A model generated the notes under the pieces. The model had not been told where the DNA came from. It was given only the letters and a program-made list of their open reading frames with translations, and ran no database searches. A program made the position numbers and the translations under genes. A stretch of 64,000 nt of DNA from an uncultured Gemmatimonadales bacterium (GTDB taxonomy: Bacteria; Gemmatimonadota; Gemmatimonadetes; Gemmatimonadales; GWC2-71-9): assembly GCA_963822925.1 (NCBI GenBank), contig CAWGJN010000001.1, positions 431,490 through 495,489 on the forward strand. The letters are read 5' to 3'. Positions 31,196-40,124 of the stretch are shown here, one piece after another (the first letter of the stretch is position 1; each line of letters begins with the position of its first letter).

Positions 31196-31810
31196 CTGGC
31201 CGAGTAATCCCTCTGCTGCCTGCAAGTACTCCTCGATGTCGAAGTGCTCAGGATCGATCATTGCCTGAACTGCACAACCTTTGATGAAGCTGACTGCGAC
31301 CGCCGCCAATCCGTCGGGCGTGACGTGGGGGAAGCGCAGGGGCTCGGCCTCGAGTACTTCCCCGGCCATTGGACGGAATGCCTCCCGATACCGCGACAGC
31401 TCGCCCCGCATCTTGGTCCCGATCGCCTTGTGCCGGCCGCCCATGACCCAGAACTCGAAGAACAACCTGAGCCGCATCGGCTCCCGTGAGAGGCGGTCCA
31501 TTTCCTGTCTGAGCAGCGCGACCAGGCGCCGGAGCGGGGCTGCGACAAGCCGGATCTCCGGGCCGATGTGAAGGACCGTAGTTGTCGCAAGAAGCCAATC
31601 GAGGAGCGCGACGATGAGCCGGTCTCTCGACCTGAAGTGAAACAGCACCAAGCCAGTGCTCAGCCGCGCCTTGGCCGCAACGAGCCGTACGGTAAGGCCG
31701 TGAAGCCCCTGAGTGGCGGCAACCGCGTACGCCGCTTTGATGATCTGGTCCCTGCGGGTCGTTTCCGACGCCTTGCGTCCCGGCATGTGAAGGCCTTGGA
31801 GATCGTACAA
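31154..31810 (-). CDS. TetR family transcriptional regulator
   Basis: RRDQIIKAAYAVAATQGLHGLTVRLVAAKARLSTGLVLFHF HTH. Its 3' end overlaps the PAP2 3' end by 42 nt (convergent). Confidence 0.85.
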   Translation of the reverse strand: MYDLQGLHMPGRKASETTRRDQIIKAAYAVAATQGLHGLTVRLVAAKARLSTGLVLFHFRSRDRLIVALLDWLLATTTVLHIGPEIRLVAAPLRRLVALLRQEMDRLSREPMRLRLFFEFWVMGGRHKAIGTKMRGELSRYREAFRPMAGEVLEAEPLRFPHVTPDGLAAVAVSFIKGCAVQAMIDPEHFDIEEYLQAAEGLLGQLAPSVATRTVRRM

Positions 31811-31853
31811 GCCAGAGCCGGAGCCTCAACCCACCGGCCAGTGGACTGATTGG

Positions 31854-32243
31854 TCACTCCATCGACCTGCCTATGTCTCCCCGCTCACTCGGCCGGAAAC
31901 TCAGGTCGAACGCGAGGAATAGCGTCTTGGAAAAGGGATAGAAAAACACAGGCATGGTCAGCGCCTCAACCGGACCGACATACTGCAACTGGTCCCAGGG
32001 CGGATTCGGCCACGTCGCCATGACCACGCCAACGAGTACCGTAACAGAGAACGCTTCGGCAGCCAGGAGGTTGAACCAGACGGCGCCAACGCCATAGCCG
32101 TCCTCCCCACGGGAGAATACCAGCCCGCAGCCGGGGCACCGCGCCGTCATAGAGAGCCAGCGCGTGAAGATCGGCCCTCCGCCGCAACGAGGACAGCGAC
32201 GGCGGAGCGCGCGGTAGAGCATCATTCGCTTCGAGGGCAGCAT
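31854..32243 (-). CDS. DUF983 family membrane protein
   Basis: RCPRCGGGPIF...RCPGCGLVF double CxxC followed by two TM helices. Confidence 0.6.
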   Translation of the reverse strand: MLPSKRMMLYRALRRRCPRCGGGPIFTRWLSMTARCPGCGLVFSRGEDGYGVGAVWFNLLAAEAFSVTVLVGVVMATWPNPPWDQLQYVGPVEALTMPVFFYPFSKTLFLAFDLSFRPSERGDIGRSME

Positions 32244-32372
32244 CGTCACTCGAATCGACCGACAGGTGAGTTCACGAGATTGCACGTCATCGCGGCGCTT
32301 GGGTATCGCCCGGTTGAGTTCGGGGGCGCGCCCATGCGCTCACCGGATTGACCGAGGCCGCAATGGATTCTA

Positions 32373-32398
32373 CATTGACCAAGCGTTCAATGTCAATG
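32373..32398. promoter_or_regulatory. Inverted repeat CATTGAC-N12-GTCAATG; an extra ATTGACC lies at 32347
   Basis: Read directly. It shares CATTGAC and GCGTTCAA strings with the 43524..43578 region. Confidence 0.35.
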
Positions 32399-32470
32399 CG
32401 ATGGCACCTCGCATACGCGATTGCGAAGCGACCCTGAGACGCGATCCGCCGCCCGGCAAGGCATATCGCC

Positions 32471-32869
32471 GTGTCATCTCACGATGCGCCAGATGAACCC
32501 ACGAGCGACTCAGGCCCGCTTGGCGAACGCGAGCTTGGCGTGGAGTACTGGCGGGCCCCCGAACTCTTCCTGCTTGATGCGGTCCTGACGCTGTTCGGGG
32601 TGATGGAGGCCGCGGGGACTCGGCCGCGAGTGTTCGTGTGCGACCTGCGAGCCGTGCCCATTCTCGATGCCCACGCGTGCCGTGTTATCTCCGTGCTGCT
32701 CGGACGCTGCCGGCGGTCGCGGATGGTGCTGATCCTGAGCGGCGTCGGGCCGACCGCCCTCCGCACCCTCGGAGCCGCCGGGACGCTCGACGAGTTGGGG
32801 CCCAGGAACGTGTTTGCGCATCTGAACGACGCGATGTCGCGCGCGCGCATACTGATGAACGATGACTAG
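32471..32869 (+). CDS. Stand-alone STAS domain protein
   Basis: YWRAPELFLLDAV...VFVCDLRAVPILDAHACRVISVLL...MVLILSGVGPTALRTLGAAG resembles SulP/SpoIIAA-type STAS. Its stop overlaps the convergent NuoB-like gene by 4 nt. Confidence 0.55.
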   Translation: MSSHDAPDEPTSDSGPLGERELGVEYWRAPELFLLDAVLTLFGVMEAAGTRPRVFVCDLRAVPILDAHACRVISVLLGRCRRSRMVLILSGVGPTALRTLGAAGTLDELGPRNVFAHLNDAMSRARILMNDD

Positions 32870-33669
32870 GTAGAGGCGTCGCCGGATCTCGCGCCAGGCG
32901 CACTCTGCCCGTCCAGTTGCCCCAGGAGCCGCAGCAGGCCATCCAGTACGGTCAGCGGATGCGGCGGGCACCCCGCGATCCACAGATCTACGGGCAGGTC
33001 GGCCGGTACTCCATTTCCCACCTCCGGGCTGTCCCGAAAGGGACCGCCATTGATCGCGCACGCGCCCACCGCGATCACCAGTTTTGGTTCCGGGATCGCG
33101 TCGTAGGTGCGATACACCGCGTCCCGCATGTTCCGGCTCACCGCCCCCGTGATCACCAGGCCGTCAGCGTGCCGGGGCGACGCGACGAACTGGATGCCGA
33201 ACCGCGCCATGTCGAAGACGACGTTGCCCAGGGCCACCAGTTCCGACTCGCATCCGTTGCAGCTTCCGGCCGCGACCGAGCGCAGACGCAGCGACCGGCC
33301 GAACAGCGTTCGGATGCGTTGCCCCAGCGCCTCGACGGCGGGGAGCTCCCCCGCCTCGCTGACCAGGCCGGAGCGCTCTCGTGCCGACAGGCGCGGATCG
33401 GCCGTGAAGGTGACGGCCCCATGGCGGCAAGCTGTTGCCTCCTCGGGCGCGAACAGGCACGCGCCAATGTCGAGCGATGCCCGGCCTTCCGGTGTCACGA
33501 CGAGCAGTGTGGAGGGCATAGCTGCCTGACACTCGTGGCAGGTCTCCAGGCATCGGGCGGCATCGAGCACCGGCCTGCCGCGAAAGCGCTCCGGGAACTC
33601 CGCGGCCCCGCCGGGAAATGCCGATGTCCGGGTGCCCTGCGCAAACCGGGTGCGGAGGAAGTCAAGCAT
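32866..33669 (-). CDS. NuoB/HycG/HyfI-like small subunit with a fused, degenerate ferredoxin-like N-terminal ~100 aa
   Basis: GSCNGCE, GACAINGG and GCPPHP (all four proximal-cluster Cys are present). The N-terminus has CLETCHEC...C-x10-C. Confidence 0.85.
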   Translation of the reverse strand: MLDFLRTRFAQGTRTSAFPGGAAEFPERFRGRPVLDAARCLETCHECQAAMPSTLLVVTPEGRASLDIGACLFAPEEATACRHGAVTFTADPRLSARERSGLVSEAGELPAVEALGQRIRTLFGRSLRLRSVAAGSCNGCESELVALGNVVFDMARFGIQFVASPRHADGLVITGAVSRNMRDAVYRTYDAIPEPKLVIAVGACAINGGPFRDSPEVGNGVPADLPVDLWIAGCPPHPLTVLDGLLRLLGQLDGQSAPGARSGDAST

Positions 33670-35180
33670 TAGAGGTCATGCCCCGCGTACGACAGGTTGA
33701 AGCTCTTGTTGCACAGCGGAAAGTCCGAGATCTGGTTTCCCGGCATCGCCGCTGCCAGCGCGCTCCAGTTGTGGAACGACGGATCCACCACCTTGTGCCG
33801 GCGGATCCCCCCGGCCTCGTCGGTGATCACCACGTGCGCGACTTCCCCCCGCCAGCCTTCTTCCAGCGCCACCACCAGTTCCGCGGGCCTGAGCGCGTCG
33901 CATGGCACCTGCGCGGCGCCCTTGGGCAGCGCGCCAACTTGCTCGATCACGAACTCGAGCGAGCGCTGCACCTCCAGCCAGCGCACCAGCGTTCGCGCCA
34001 GGACGTCGCCGGCCCACGCGGTGGACACCGGAATGTGGGCGAACCGGAACACCCCGTACGGGTGGTCGTGCCGCACATCCCGCGACACCTTGCACGCTCG
34101 CGCCGCCACACCGACCAGGCCGAGCTCGAGGCACTGCTGGGGCGTTACGGCACCGACGCCTTCGAGCCGCGCCTGCACCGAGGCGTTCTTGAGCAGCAGG
34201 TGTCCCACCGGGAGCAGCTCCTCGGCCAGCACCGCCAGGCGCGCGCGCATCTCGTCCGCCATCCCGGCCGGGATGTCGAAGAGCGCGCCCCCCGGTCGGA
34301 TGAGGCCCCGTCCGTAGCGGTTGCCCGAGAGGGTCATCAGGAGGTTCAGGCACTCACCCCGCATCCGCCCGAAGTACGCCGCGGCAGGCTGGTATGCGAT
34401 GTCTCCCGCAATCGCGCCGAGATCTCCGATGTGATTGGCCAGGCGCTCCAGCTCGAGGGCGATGCCGCGGATGGTCTGCGCCCTGGGCGTCTTGCGGCTC
34501 CGGGCCAGCGCCTCGATGGCACCGCAGGCGGCGCTCGCATGCGCGATAACGGTATCGCCGGCGATCGACTCCGCGATCAGGACGGCGTCCGGCCATCGGC
34601 GCGTTTCCAGCAGACGCTCGACTCCCCGATGTTGATAGCCGAGCATGATCTCGAGGAAGAGCACCTCCTCACCGTGTGCCTGGAAGCGGAAATGCCCCGG
34701 TTCGATGATGCCCGCGTGCACCGGTCCCACGGCGACCTCGTGAACCTCGCTGCCGTGGATCTGGAAGAATGGATACTCCTCCCGCTCCGCCGTCCCCCTC
34801 GACACCTGCCGACCCGCCTCGTCGGGTGGATGCCGGCGGACCGGCTTGAGCCACGGGTGCCCCTCCGGAACGACGCCGCACTGCTCCGCGATCTCCCGCT
34901 CGAACAGATGTGCCTCCGGGCACTCGGGAGTGAGCGCCGGATACGATCCATCCACCAACGTGGTCAACGCGCCGAGTTGACCGCGCTCATCCTGCGCCAG
35001 GATGGCCACCAGTTGGATCCGGTCCGCGAAGCCGGGCATGCCGAAGAACGCGACGAGCCGCCAGCCGTCCCGCACCGCCTGGCACACCGTGTCCCGGAAG
35101 CGTGGCACCGTCTCCATGGGGAGTGCCGCGAACGGGATGGTGCGGCGGTTGCGCAGGCCCAGTCCATCGAAGGCCGTCAT
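33669..35180 (-). CDS. NuoC+NuoD / HycE / HyfG-like 'large subunit' lacking all four [NiFe] cysteine ligands
   Basis: ATG 35180 overlaps the upstream stop (ATGA). EPGHFRF...YQHRGVERL are family motifs. SIAGDTVIAH replaces R-x-C-G-x-C-x3-H, and the protein ends NLSYAGHDL in place of DPCxxCxxR. Confidence 0.85.
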   Translation of the reverse strand: MTAFDGLGLRNRRTIPFAALPMETVPRFRDTVCQAVRDGWRLVAFFGMPGFADRIQLVAILAQDERGQLGALTTLVDGSYPALTPECPEAHLFEREIAEQCGVVPEGHPWLKPVRRHPPDEAGRQVSRGTAEREEYPFFQIHGSEVHEVAVGPVHAGIIEPGHFRFQAHGEEVLFLEIMLGYQHRGVERLLETRRWPDAVLIAESIAGDTVIAHASAACGAIEALARSRKTPRAQTIRGIALELERLANHIGDLGAIAGDIAYQPAAAYFGRMRGECLNLLMTLSGNRYGRGLIRPGGALFDIPAGMADEMRARLAVLAEELLPVGHLLLKNASVQARLEGVGAVTPQQCLELGLVGVAARACKVSRDVRHDHPYGVFRFAHIPVSTAWAGDVLARTLVRWLEVQRSLEFVIEQVGALPKGAAQVPCDALRPAELVVALEEGWRGEVAHVVITDEAGGIRRHKVVDPSFHNWSALAAAMPGNQISDFPLCNKSFNLSYAGHDL

Positions 35181-36601
35181 CGCGCCCCTCCCCCGAGACC
35201 CCAGGCTGCATCGGTGAGCACCTGCTGCAGTGCTGGCGGGATGTACACCCCGAGCAGCAGGACCAGCGCCAGCAGGACGATCGGGCCCGCGACCAGGAGG
35301 ACGCTCTCTCGTACCGGCGGCACCTCGGTTACCGGCGGGTCGTAGATCACCTCCAGGACCACCGCCGCCATGCCGACGAAGATCAGTGCGAGGAACGCGA
35401 GCATCGCGACGGCCACCCACGGGTGCCCCTGCCCGATGGCCGCGTTCAGGATGGTGAATTCGCTGAGGAACAGCCCGAATGGCGGTGACCCGGTCACGGC
35501 GAAGAGTCCGAGAAGCAGCAGCACCCCTGTCACCGGGGCGCGCCGGAGAATGCCGCGCGCGGCGCCCGCATGCGATGACCCGGTCGCGAGCACGACGTTC
35601 CCGACGGCGAGAAACATCAGCCCCTTGATCAGCCCGTTGTTGACGAGGTGAAGGACCGTCCCGTACCGGCCGACGCCGCCCAGCCCCAGGCCGAGCACCA
35701 ACAGGCCCATGTGTTCCACGCTCGAGTAGGCCAGCAATCGCTTCAGGTCCGACTGGCCGATCATGAAGGCCGCCGCCACCACCAGCGACATGACGCCGAA
35801 CGCCACGAGCAGGGGCTGCACGAACGCCGCCTGTCCGGCGGCCATCGTGATCTCGGTGATGCGCGCGAGCCCGAGGAACGCGCAGCTCGTCAGCGCGCCC
35901 GCCATGAGCCCCGCGACCAGGCTGGGCGCCTCACCATAGGTATCGGGCTTCCACGAGTGCAGCGGCGCCAGTCCCATCTTGGTTCCGTAACCGACCAGGA
36001 GGAAGATGAACGCCGTCTGCAGCAGCGCCGGGTGAAGGCTGCCACTTCCGGCGATCAGGTCCTCGAGCAGGAGAGGACGCCCTGAGGTCTGCGCGGCGGC
36101 CAGGAAGAACGTGCCGAGCAGCGCCAGCGCGATCCCCACGGACGACAGCAGCAGGTACTTCCACACCGCCTCCAGCGATCGGCGGTCGTGCCGATGGTAC
36201 ACGAGGGGCGCGAGCGCGAGAGTGGTTGTCTCCATGCCCACCCACAGGAGCGCCATGTGGTGGCTCACGGCCACCAAGGTGGCCGCGGCCAGGAATGCCA
36301 GCAGGCAGCTGACGAAGACCCGCCCTCCGCGCGGGGGCTCGGTTTGCAGGAACCCCGCCGCGTACACCGCGATCACGAAGAAGAGCAGGCTCACCAGCGA
36401 GACCACGAGGAGGCCCAGCGCGTCGATCGCGAGCCATCCGCCGACTTCCGGCGCGACCGGACCGCGCCAGAGATATCCCGCCGCGCCCAGGTGCAGGACC
36501 GAGGTCACGACCAGCAGGCCGAGACGCACGCTCAGCGGCCGCACCAGGTAGGCAGCCACCGCAGCGGCGATCGGGACCAGCACCATCGGCAGGAGGATCA
36601 T
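35177..36601 (-). CDS. HyfF/NuoM-N-like antiporter-type subunit
   Basis: 474-aa polytopic protein starting MILLPMVLVPIAAAV. TGATG overlap with the upstream gene. The longer track ORF is a shadow extension. Confidence 0.8.
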   Translation of the reverse strand: MILLPMVLVPIAAAVAAYLVRPLSVRLGLLVVTSVLHLGAAGYLWRGPVAPEVGGWLAIDALGLLVVSLVSLLFFVIAVYAAGFLQTEPPRGGRVFVSCLLAFLAAATLVAVSHHMALLWVGMETTTLALAPLVYHRHDRRSLEAVWKYLLLSSVGIALALLGTFFLAAAQTSGRPLLLEDLIAGSGSLHPALLQTAFIFLLVGYGTKMGLAPLHSWKPDTYGEAPSLVAGLMAGALTSCAFLGLARITEITMAAGQAAFVQPLLVAFGVMSLVVAAAFMIGQSDLKRLLAYSSVEHMGLLVLGLGLGGVGRYGTVLHLVNNGLIKGLMFLAVGNVVLATGSSHAGAARGILRRAPVTGVLLLLGLFAVTGSPPFGLFLSEFTILNAAIGQGHPWVAVAMLAFLALIFVGMAAVVLEVIYDPPVTEVPPVRESVLLVAGPIVLLALVLLLGVYIPPALQQVLTDAAWGLGGGAR

Positions 36602-37239
36602 CAATCCTTCAACTCGGTCAATCGGGTCGAGTCCAGCGAGTCGAATGCGCGATTGATGTGGAAGACCACGATGCCCATGATGAAGATGCCGACGAAGATG
36701 TCCAGCAGGACGCCCAGCTCGACGAGGAAGGGCACGCGCTCCGCCTGGCTCAGCCCGAAGACGTAGATCCCGTTCTCGAGGATCAGGTAGCCGACCACCT
36801 GCGTCAGCGCCTTGTTCCGCGTCGTCAGCACGATGAGGCCGATCATCACCGTCGCCAGTGCGACCGGGATGAGGAGGCCGCTCTCCGATTCCGGCAGGGG
36901 AATGCGCTGGGCAATGCCGAACGACAGGGCCACCACGATCGTCCCCAGCAGGAGCGACCCGGAGAATCCGATCAGGGGTTCGATCTCCCGGCGTACGGCC
37001 GCCTCGCGGATGGCCCAGGAGAGGAAGGTCGGCAGGAGGATCGCCTTCACCAGCAGCGTGCCGACCGCGAGCCCGATGATGTGCAGCGACCATCCCGGGT
37101 GCAGCGCAACGGGCAGCGCTGCCAGCAGCGCTCCCTGAATCGCGGTGGCGCGAATGGCCGAGCTCAACCGCGTGGTCCCCAACACCCAGAAATTGGTGAG
37201 GACCACGCCGAGGAGGAGCAGCTCATGCAGGTCTGACAT
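36601..37239 (-). CDS. HyfE-like membrane subunit
   Basis: 212 aa. The TRNKALTQVVGYLILENGIYVFG motif is typical of hydrogenase-4 component E. Confidence 0.75.
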   Translation of the reverse strand: MSDLHELLLLGVVLTNFWVLGTTRLSSAIRATAIQGALLAALPVALHPGWSLHIIGLAVGTLLVKAILLPTFLSWAIREAAVRREIEPLIGFSGSLLLGTIVVALSFGIAQRIPLPESESGLLIPVALATVMIGLIVLTTRNKALTQVVGYLILENGIYVFGLSQAERVPFLVELGVLLDIFVGIFIMGIVVFHINRAFDSLDSTRLTELKD

Positions 37240-37242
37240 GAT

Positions 37243-38154
37243 TCACCGCAGCAGGAGGATCACGCCGACGACGGCCAGGGCACCGGCCGCCACGAGGAAC
37301 TGGGGAAGCCGGTTCATCCGCAGTCGCGCCATGCTTGCTTCGACGATGCCGACGCCAACCGCCACTGCCACGAGTCCGCCGAGCAGGATCAGCGCCGCCA
37401 GCGGGGGCGACACCAGTGCGCGCGGCACCACGAGGCTCACCACCAGCGCGCCGAAGAGCGCGAGCTTGAGGGCGCTGCCGAACAGGATCATGGCGAGCTC
37501 CGGCCCGCTGTGATCGAGCACGATCACCTCGTGGATCATCGTGAGTTCGAGATGGGTCCCGGGATCGTCTACCGGCACCCGGGACGTCTCCGCGAGCGCC
37601 AGCATGAACAGGGCGACGGCCGTGAGGGCGAGCGATGGCAGGGTCAGGACCCAGACCGCCGCGAGCCGCTCTCCCAGCATGCCGGCAAGCGACAGTTCAC
37701 CGGTGGCGAGGACCAGCACCGTGAAGCAGAGGAACAGCACCGGCTCGGCGAAGGCGGAGACCGTGACTTCCCGGCTCGCCCCCATCCCCTCGAAGCTCGA
37801 CCCCGTATCCAGACCGGCGAGCACGAGCGCGAAGCGGCCCAGTGCCAGTAATCCGGCGAACGCAACGAGATCTCCGGAGAAGCTGAGCAGTGCCGAATGA
37901 CCGTCCAGCGGGAGGAGCGCAGCGGCGACGAGCACCGTCGCGAGGACCACGATCGGCCCGATGCGGAACACCGCCGTCGTAGTGCCGCTGTAGACGACAT
38001 TCTTCCGGAGCAGCTTCGCCAGGTCCCGGTACAGCTGCAGCACGGGTGCTCCCCGGCGCCCCGTCAGAAACGCCCGGGTGCGCGTCGCGATACCGGGCAA
38101 GGCGGGAGCCACGGCCAGGACCATCACCAGCGTCACGAAAGGCCAGGGCGTCAT
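37243..38154 (-). CDS. HycD/HyfC (NuoH)-like membrane subunit
   Basis: RRGAPVLQLYRDLAKLLRK and AETSRVPVDDPGTHLELTMIHEVIVLDHSG. ATGA overlap upstream. Confidence 0.85.
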   Translation of the reverse strand: MTPWPFVTLVMVLAVAPALPGIATRTRAFLTGRRGAPVLQLYRDLAKLLRKNVVYSGTTTAVFRIGPIVVLATVLVAAALLPLDGHSALLSFSGDLVAFAGLLALGRFALVLAGLDTGSSFEGMGASREVTVSAFAEPVLFLCFTVLVLATGELSLAGMLGERLAAVWVLTLPSLALTAVALFMLALAETSRVPVDDPGTHLELTMIHEVIVLDHSGPELAMILFGSALKLALFGALVVSLVVPRALVSPPLAALILLGGLVAVAVGVGIVEASMARLRMNRLPQFLVAAGALAVVGVILLLR

Positions 38155-40124
38155 GCTCCGCCCTGCCACTTCATCAGGTGATAAAGCAGAAGAAGCAGCG
38201 TGGAGACGACGGCCAGGAGGTACCATCGGATGCGCGCGCCCGGCCATGCTCGCAGGTGCCGGCTCCAGTCATCCAGTGCCCGCCACGCCGGCAGTACCAC
38301 CTGGTCCTGAACCAGGTCCACCGGGTGAGAGTGAAAGCTCGTCGGCTTTCGGGCCTCCCACACTGCGGCGAGCGGTCCGAATGCGGACAGCAGCGGCGCC
38401 GCAAAGGACGACGCGGTGTACTGCATTCTCGGGGTCAGCCCCGGCCCCGCGCACGCCCACGTCGCGCCGGCGCGGACCTCCCCCGCTCGGCCCAGGTACC
38501 CGCGGAAGAGCAGCACCGCGCCCCCAACCAGGATGAGTGCCGCGGCCACCGTGGAAACGCCCGTCGCCCCGGCGGCCCACGTCTGCACCCCGGTGCTTCC
38601 GTCCATCATTCGTGCCACGCTTGCGGCGACCAGCCGGACCGGCGCCAGCACCAGCGTCGGCACGAGGCCGATGACTGCGCAGAAGCCCGCGAGGACCAGC
38701 GCCGGCACCACCATGCCCGCCGTCGGTTCGCTCGCAGCGAGGCCATCGCCGAGGGGCGCGCGCGGCAGCCCGAGGAAGAGCACGCCATCGAGCTTGCTGA
38801 AGCACGCCAGCGCGAGCCCGCCGATCAGCGCCAGTCCCGCCGCGCCGAACACCACGAACCGCATCGCCTCCGTTGACTCCGCGGCCGTGAAGAGCGCGCC
38901 GAACACGACCCACTCGCTCACGAAGCCGTTGAGCGGCGGCAATCCCACGATGGCCACCGACCCGATGCCGAATGCCACCGCCGTCAGCGGCATCCGGCGC
39001 GCGAGACCGCCCAGCCGGTCGATCTCCCGCGTGCCCGTCGCCCGCACCACCGCCCCCGCGCCCAGGAACAGCAGACTCTTGAACAACGCATGGTTCAGCG
39101 TGTGCAGCAGTGCCCCCATGAACCCCAGCAGCGCCACCACCGGATGGCCATAGACCATCCCCAGGACCCCGACGCCCATGCCCAGCAGGATGATTCCGAT
39201 GTTCTCGACGCTGTGGTAGGCAAGCAGCCGCTTGAGATCGTGCTGGCCCAGCGCCCACAGCACGCCCAGCACACCCGACACCAGTCCCAGCCCGAACAGG
39301 GTCCACCCGAACCAGGCCGGCGGGGAGCCCAGGAGGTTGAGCACCCGGAGCAGCCCGTAGATCCCCATCTTGAGCATGACGCCGGATAGCACCGCGGAGA
39401 CGTGCGACGGGGCCGCGGCGTGCGCGCCCGGCAACCAGAAGTGCAGCGGGACGGCGCCGGCCTTGATGCCGAATCCCACGAGCGCAAAGACCAGCGCGAG
39501 CGTGCGCCCCGTGCTCGCGGCCTGGCTTCCGGCGGCGAGGTCGGCGAAGCTGCGGCCTTCGGCATGCGCGCTCAGGGCGGCAAACATCCCGAAGAGCGCG
39601 AGGAGGCTCGTATGGGTGAGCACGATGTAGACCAGGCCCGCGCGACGAACCTCGCCCCGCTCACTCTCGAACACGACGAGCAGGTACGCGCTCACCGCCA
39701 TCACTTCCCAGGAGGCGAGGAACGGCATCATCGCCTGCGACGTGACCACCCCGACCAGGGCCACCAGGAGCAGGGCGAACAGGCCGTGCACCACGTGGAC
39801 ACTGCGATGCGCGCGCTCCGGCGCCAGGTACGCCGTCCCGAACACTCCGGCGGCGGCCCCGACAGGGAGAATGACCAACACGAACCAGGCCGAGAGCGGA
39901 TCGAGACCAAAGCTCCACGGACCACCGGGCAGTGACCCCGCAAGTGCGGCGGTCGGCACCGGTGCGCCACCCAGCACACGGATCGCTGGAATTACTCCCA
40001 GGACGCACCCGGCGAGGAGCAACACGGCGTAGAGTCGGTCGGCTGCGGTGCTCCATCGCCGAAAGAGCACCGCGCAGACGGCGCCTGCCAGAATGCAGCC
40101 CGCGCCCCAGATGAGCCCGCTCAC
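38151..40124 (-). CDS. HyfB/HycC (NuoL)-like antiporter-type subunit, copy 2
   Basis: 657 aa. WLPGAHAAAPSHVSAVLSG core and a C-terminal TWACAGPGLTPRMQYTASSFAAPL extension. GTGA overlap upstream. Confidence 0.85.
   Translation of the reverse strand: MSGLIWGAGCILAGAVCAVLFRRWSTAADRLYAVLLLAGCVLGVIPAIRVLGGAPVPTAALAGSLPGGPWSFGLDPLSAWFVLVILPVGAAAGVFGTAYLAPERAHRSVHVVHGLFALLLVALVGVVTSQAMMPFLASWEVMAVSAYLLVVFESERGEVRRAGLVYIVLTHTSLLALFGMFAALSAHAEGRSFADLAAGSQAASTGRTLALVFALVGFGIKAGAVPLHFWLPGAHAAAPSHVSAVLSGVMLKMGIYGLLRVLNLLGSPPAWFGWTLFGLGLVSGVLGVLWALGQHDLKRLLAYHSVENIGIILLGMGVGVLGMVYGHPVVALLGFMGALLHTLNHALFKSLLFLGAGAVVRATGTREIDRLGGLARRMPLTAVAFGIGSVAIVGLPPLNGFVSEWVVFGALFTAAESTEAMRFVVFGAAGLALIGGLALACFSKLDGVLFLGLPRAPLGDGLAASEPTAGMVVPALVLAGFCAVIGLVPTLVLAPVRLVAASVARMMDGSTGVQTWAAGATGVSTVAAALILVGGAVLLFRGYLGRAGEVRAGATWACAGPGLTPRMQYTASSFAAPLLSAFGPLAAVWEARKPTSFHSHPVDLVQDQVVLPAWRALDDWSRHLRAWPGARIRWYLLAVVSTLLLLLYHLMKWQGGA
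38905..39455. repeat. Near-identical segment shared with 40872..41422 (offset 1967)
   Basis: 213 bp with 1 mismatch (38905..39117), a diverged ~110 bp, then ~149 bp with 1 mismatch (39231..39379). Read directly. Confidence 0.85.

Noticed and set aside
32402-32424. Possible sigma-54 promoters: TGGCAC at 32402 with TTGC at 32421, TGGCAC near 43809, and CTGGAAC...GTTAC at 2765.
   Set aside because: The spacing between the GG and GC elements is wrong (about 18 nt, or no GC element at all). None satisfies GG-N10-GC.
33669-35180. Annotating the operon as a formate hydrogenlyase / hydrogenase-4 ([NiFe] group 4).
   Set aside because: All four Ni-Fe cysteine positions are substituted. No hyp, endopeptidase, FdhF or HyfA genes are present in the window. 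Only the architecture is hydrogenase-like.
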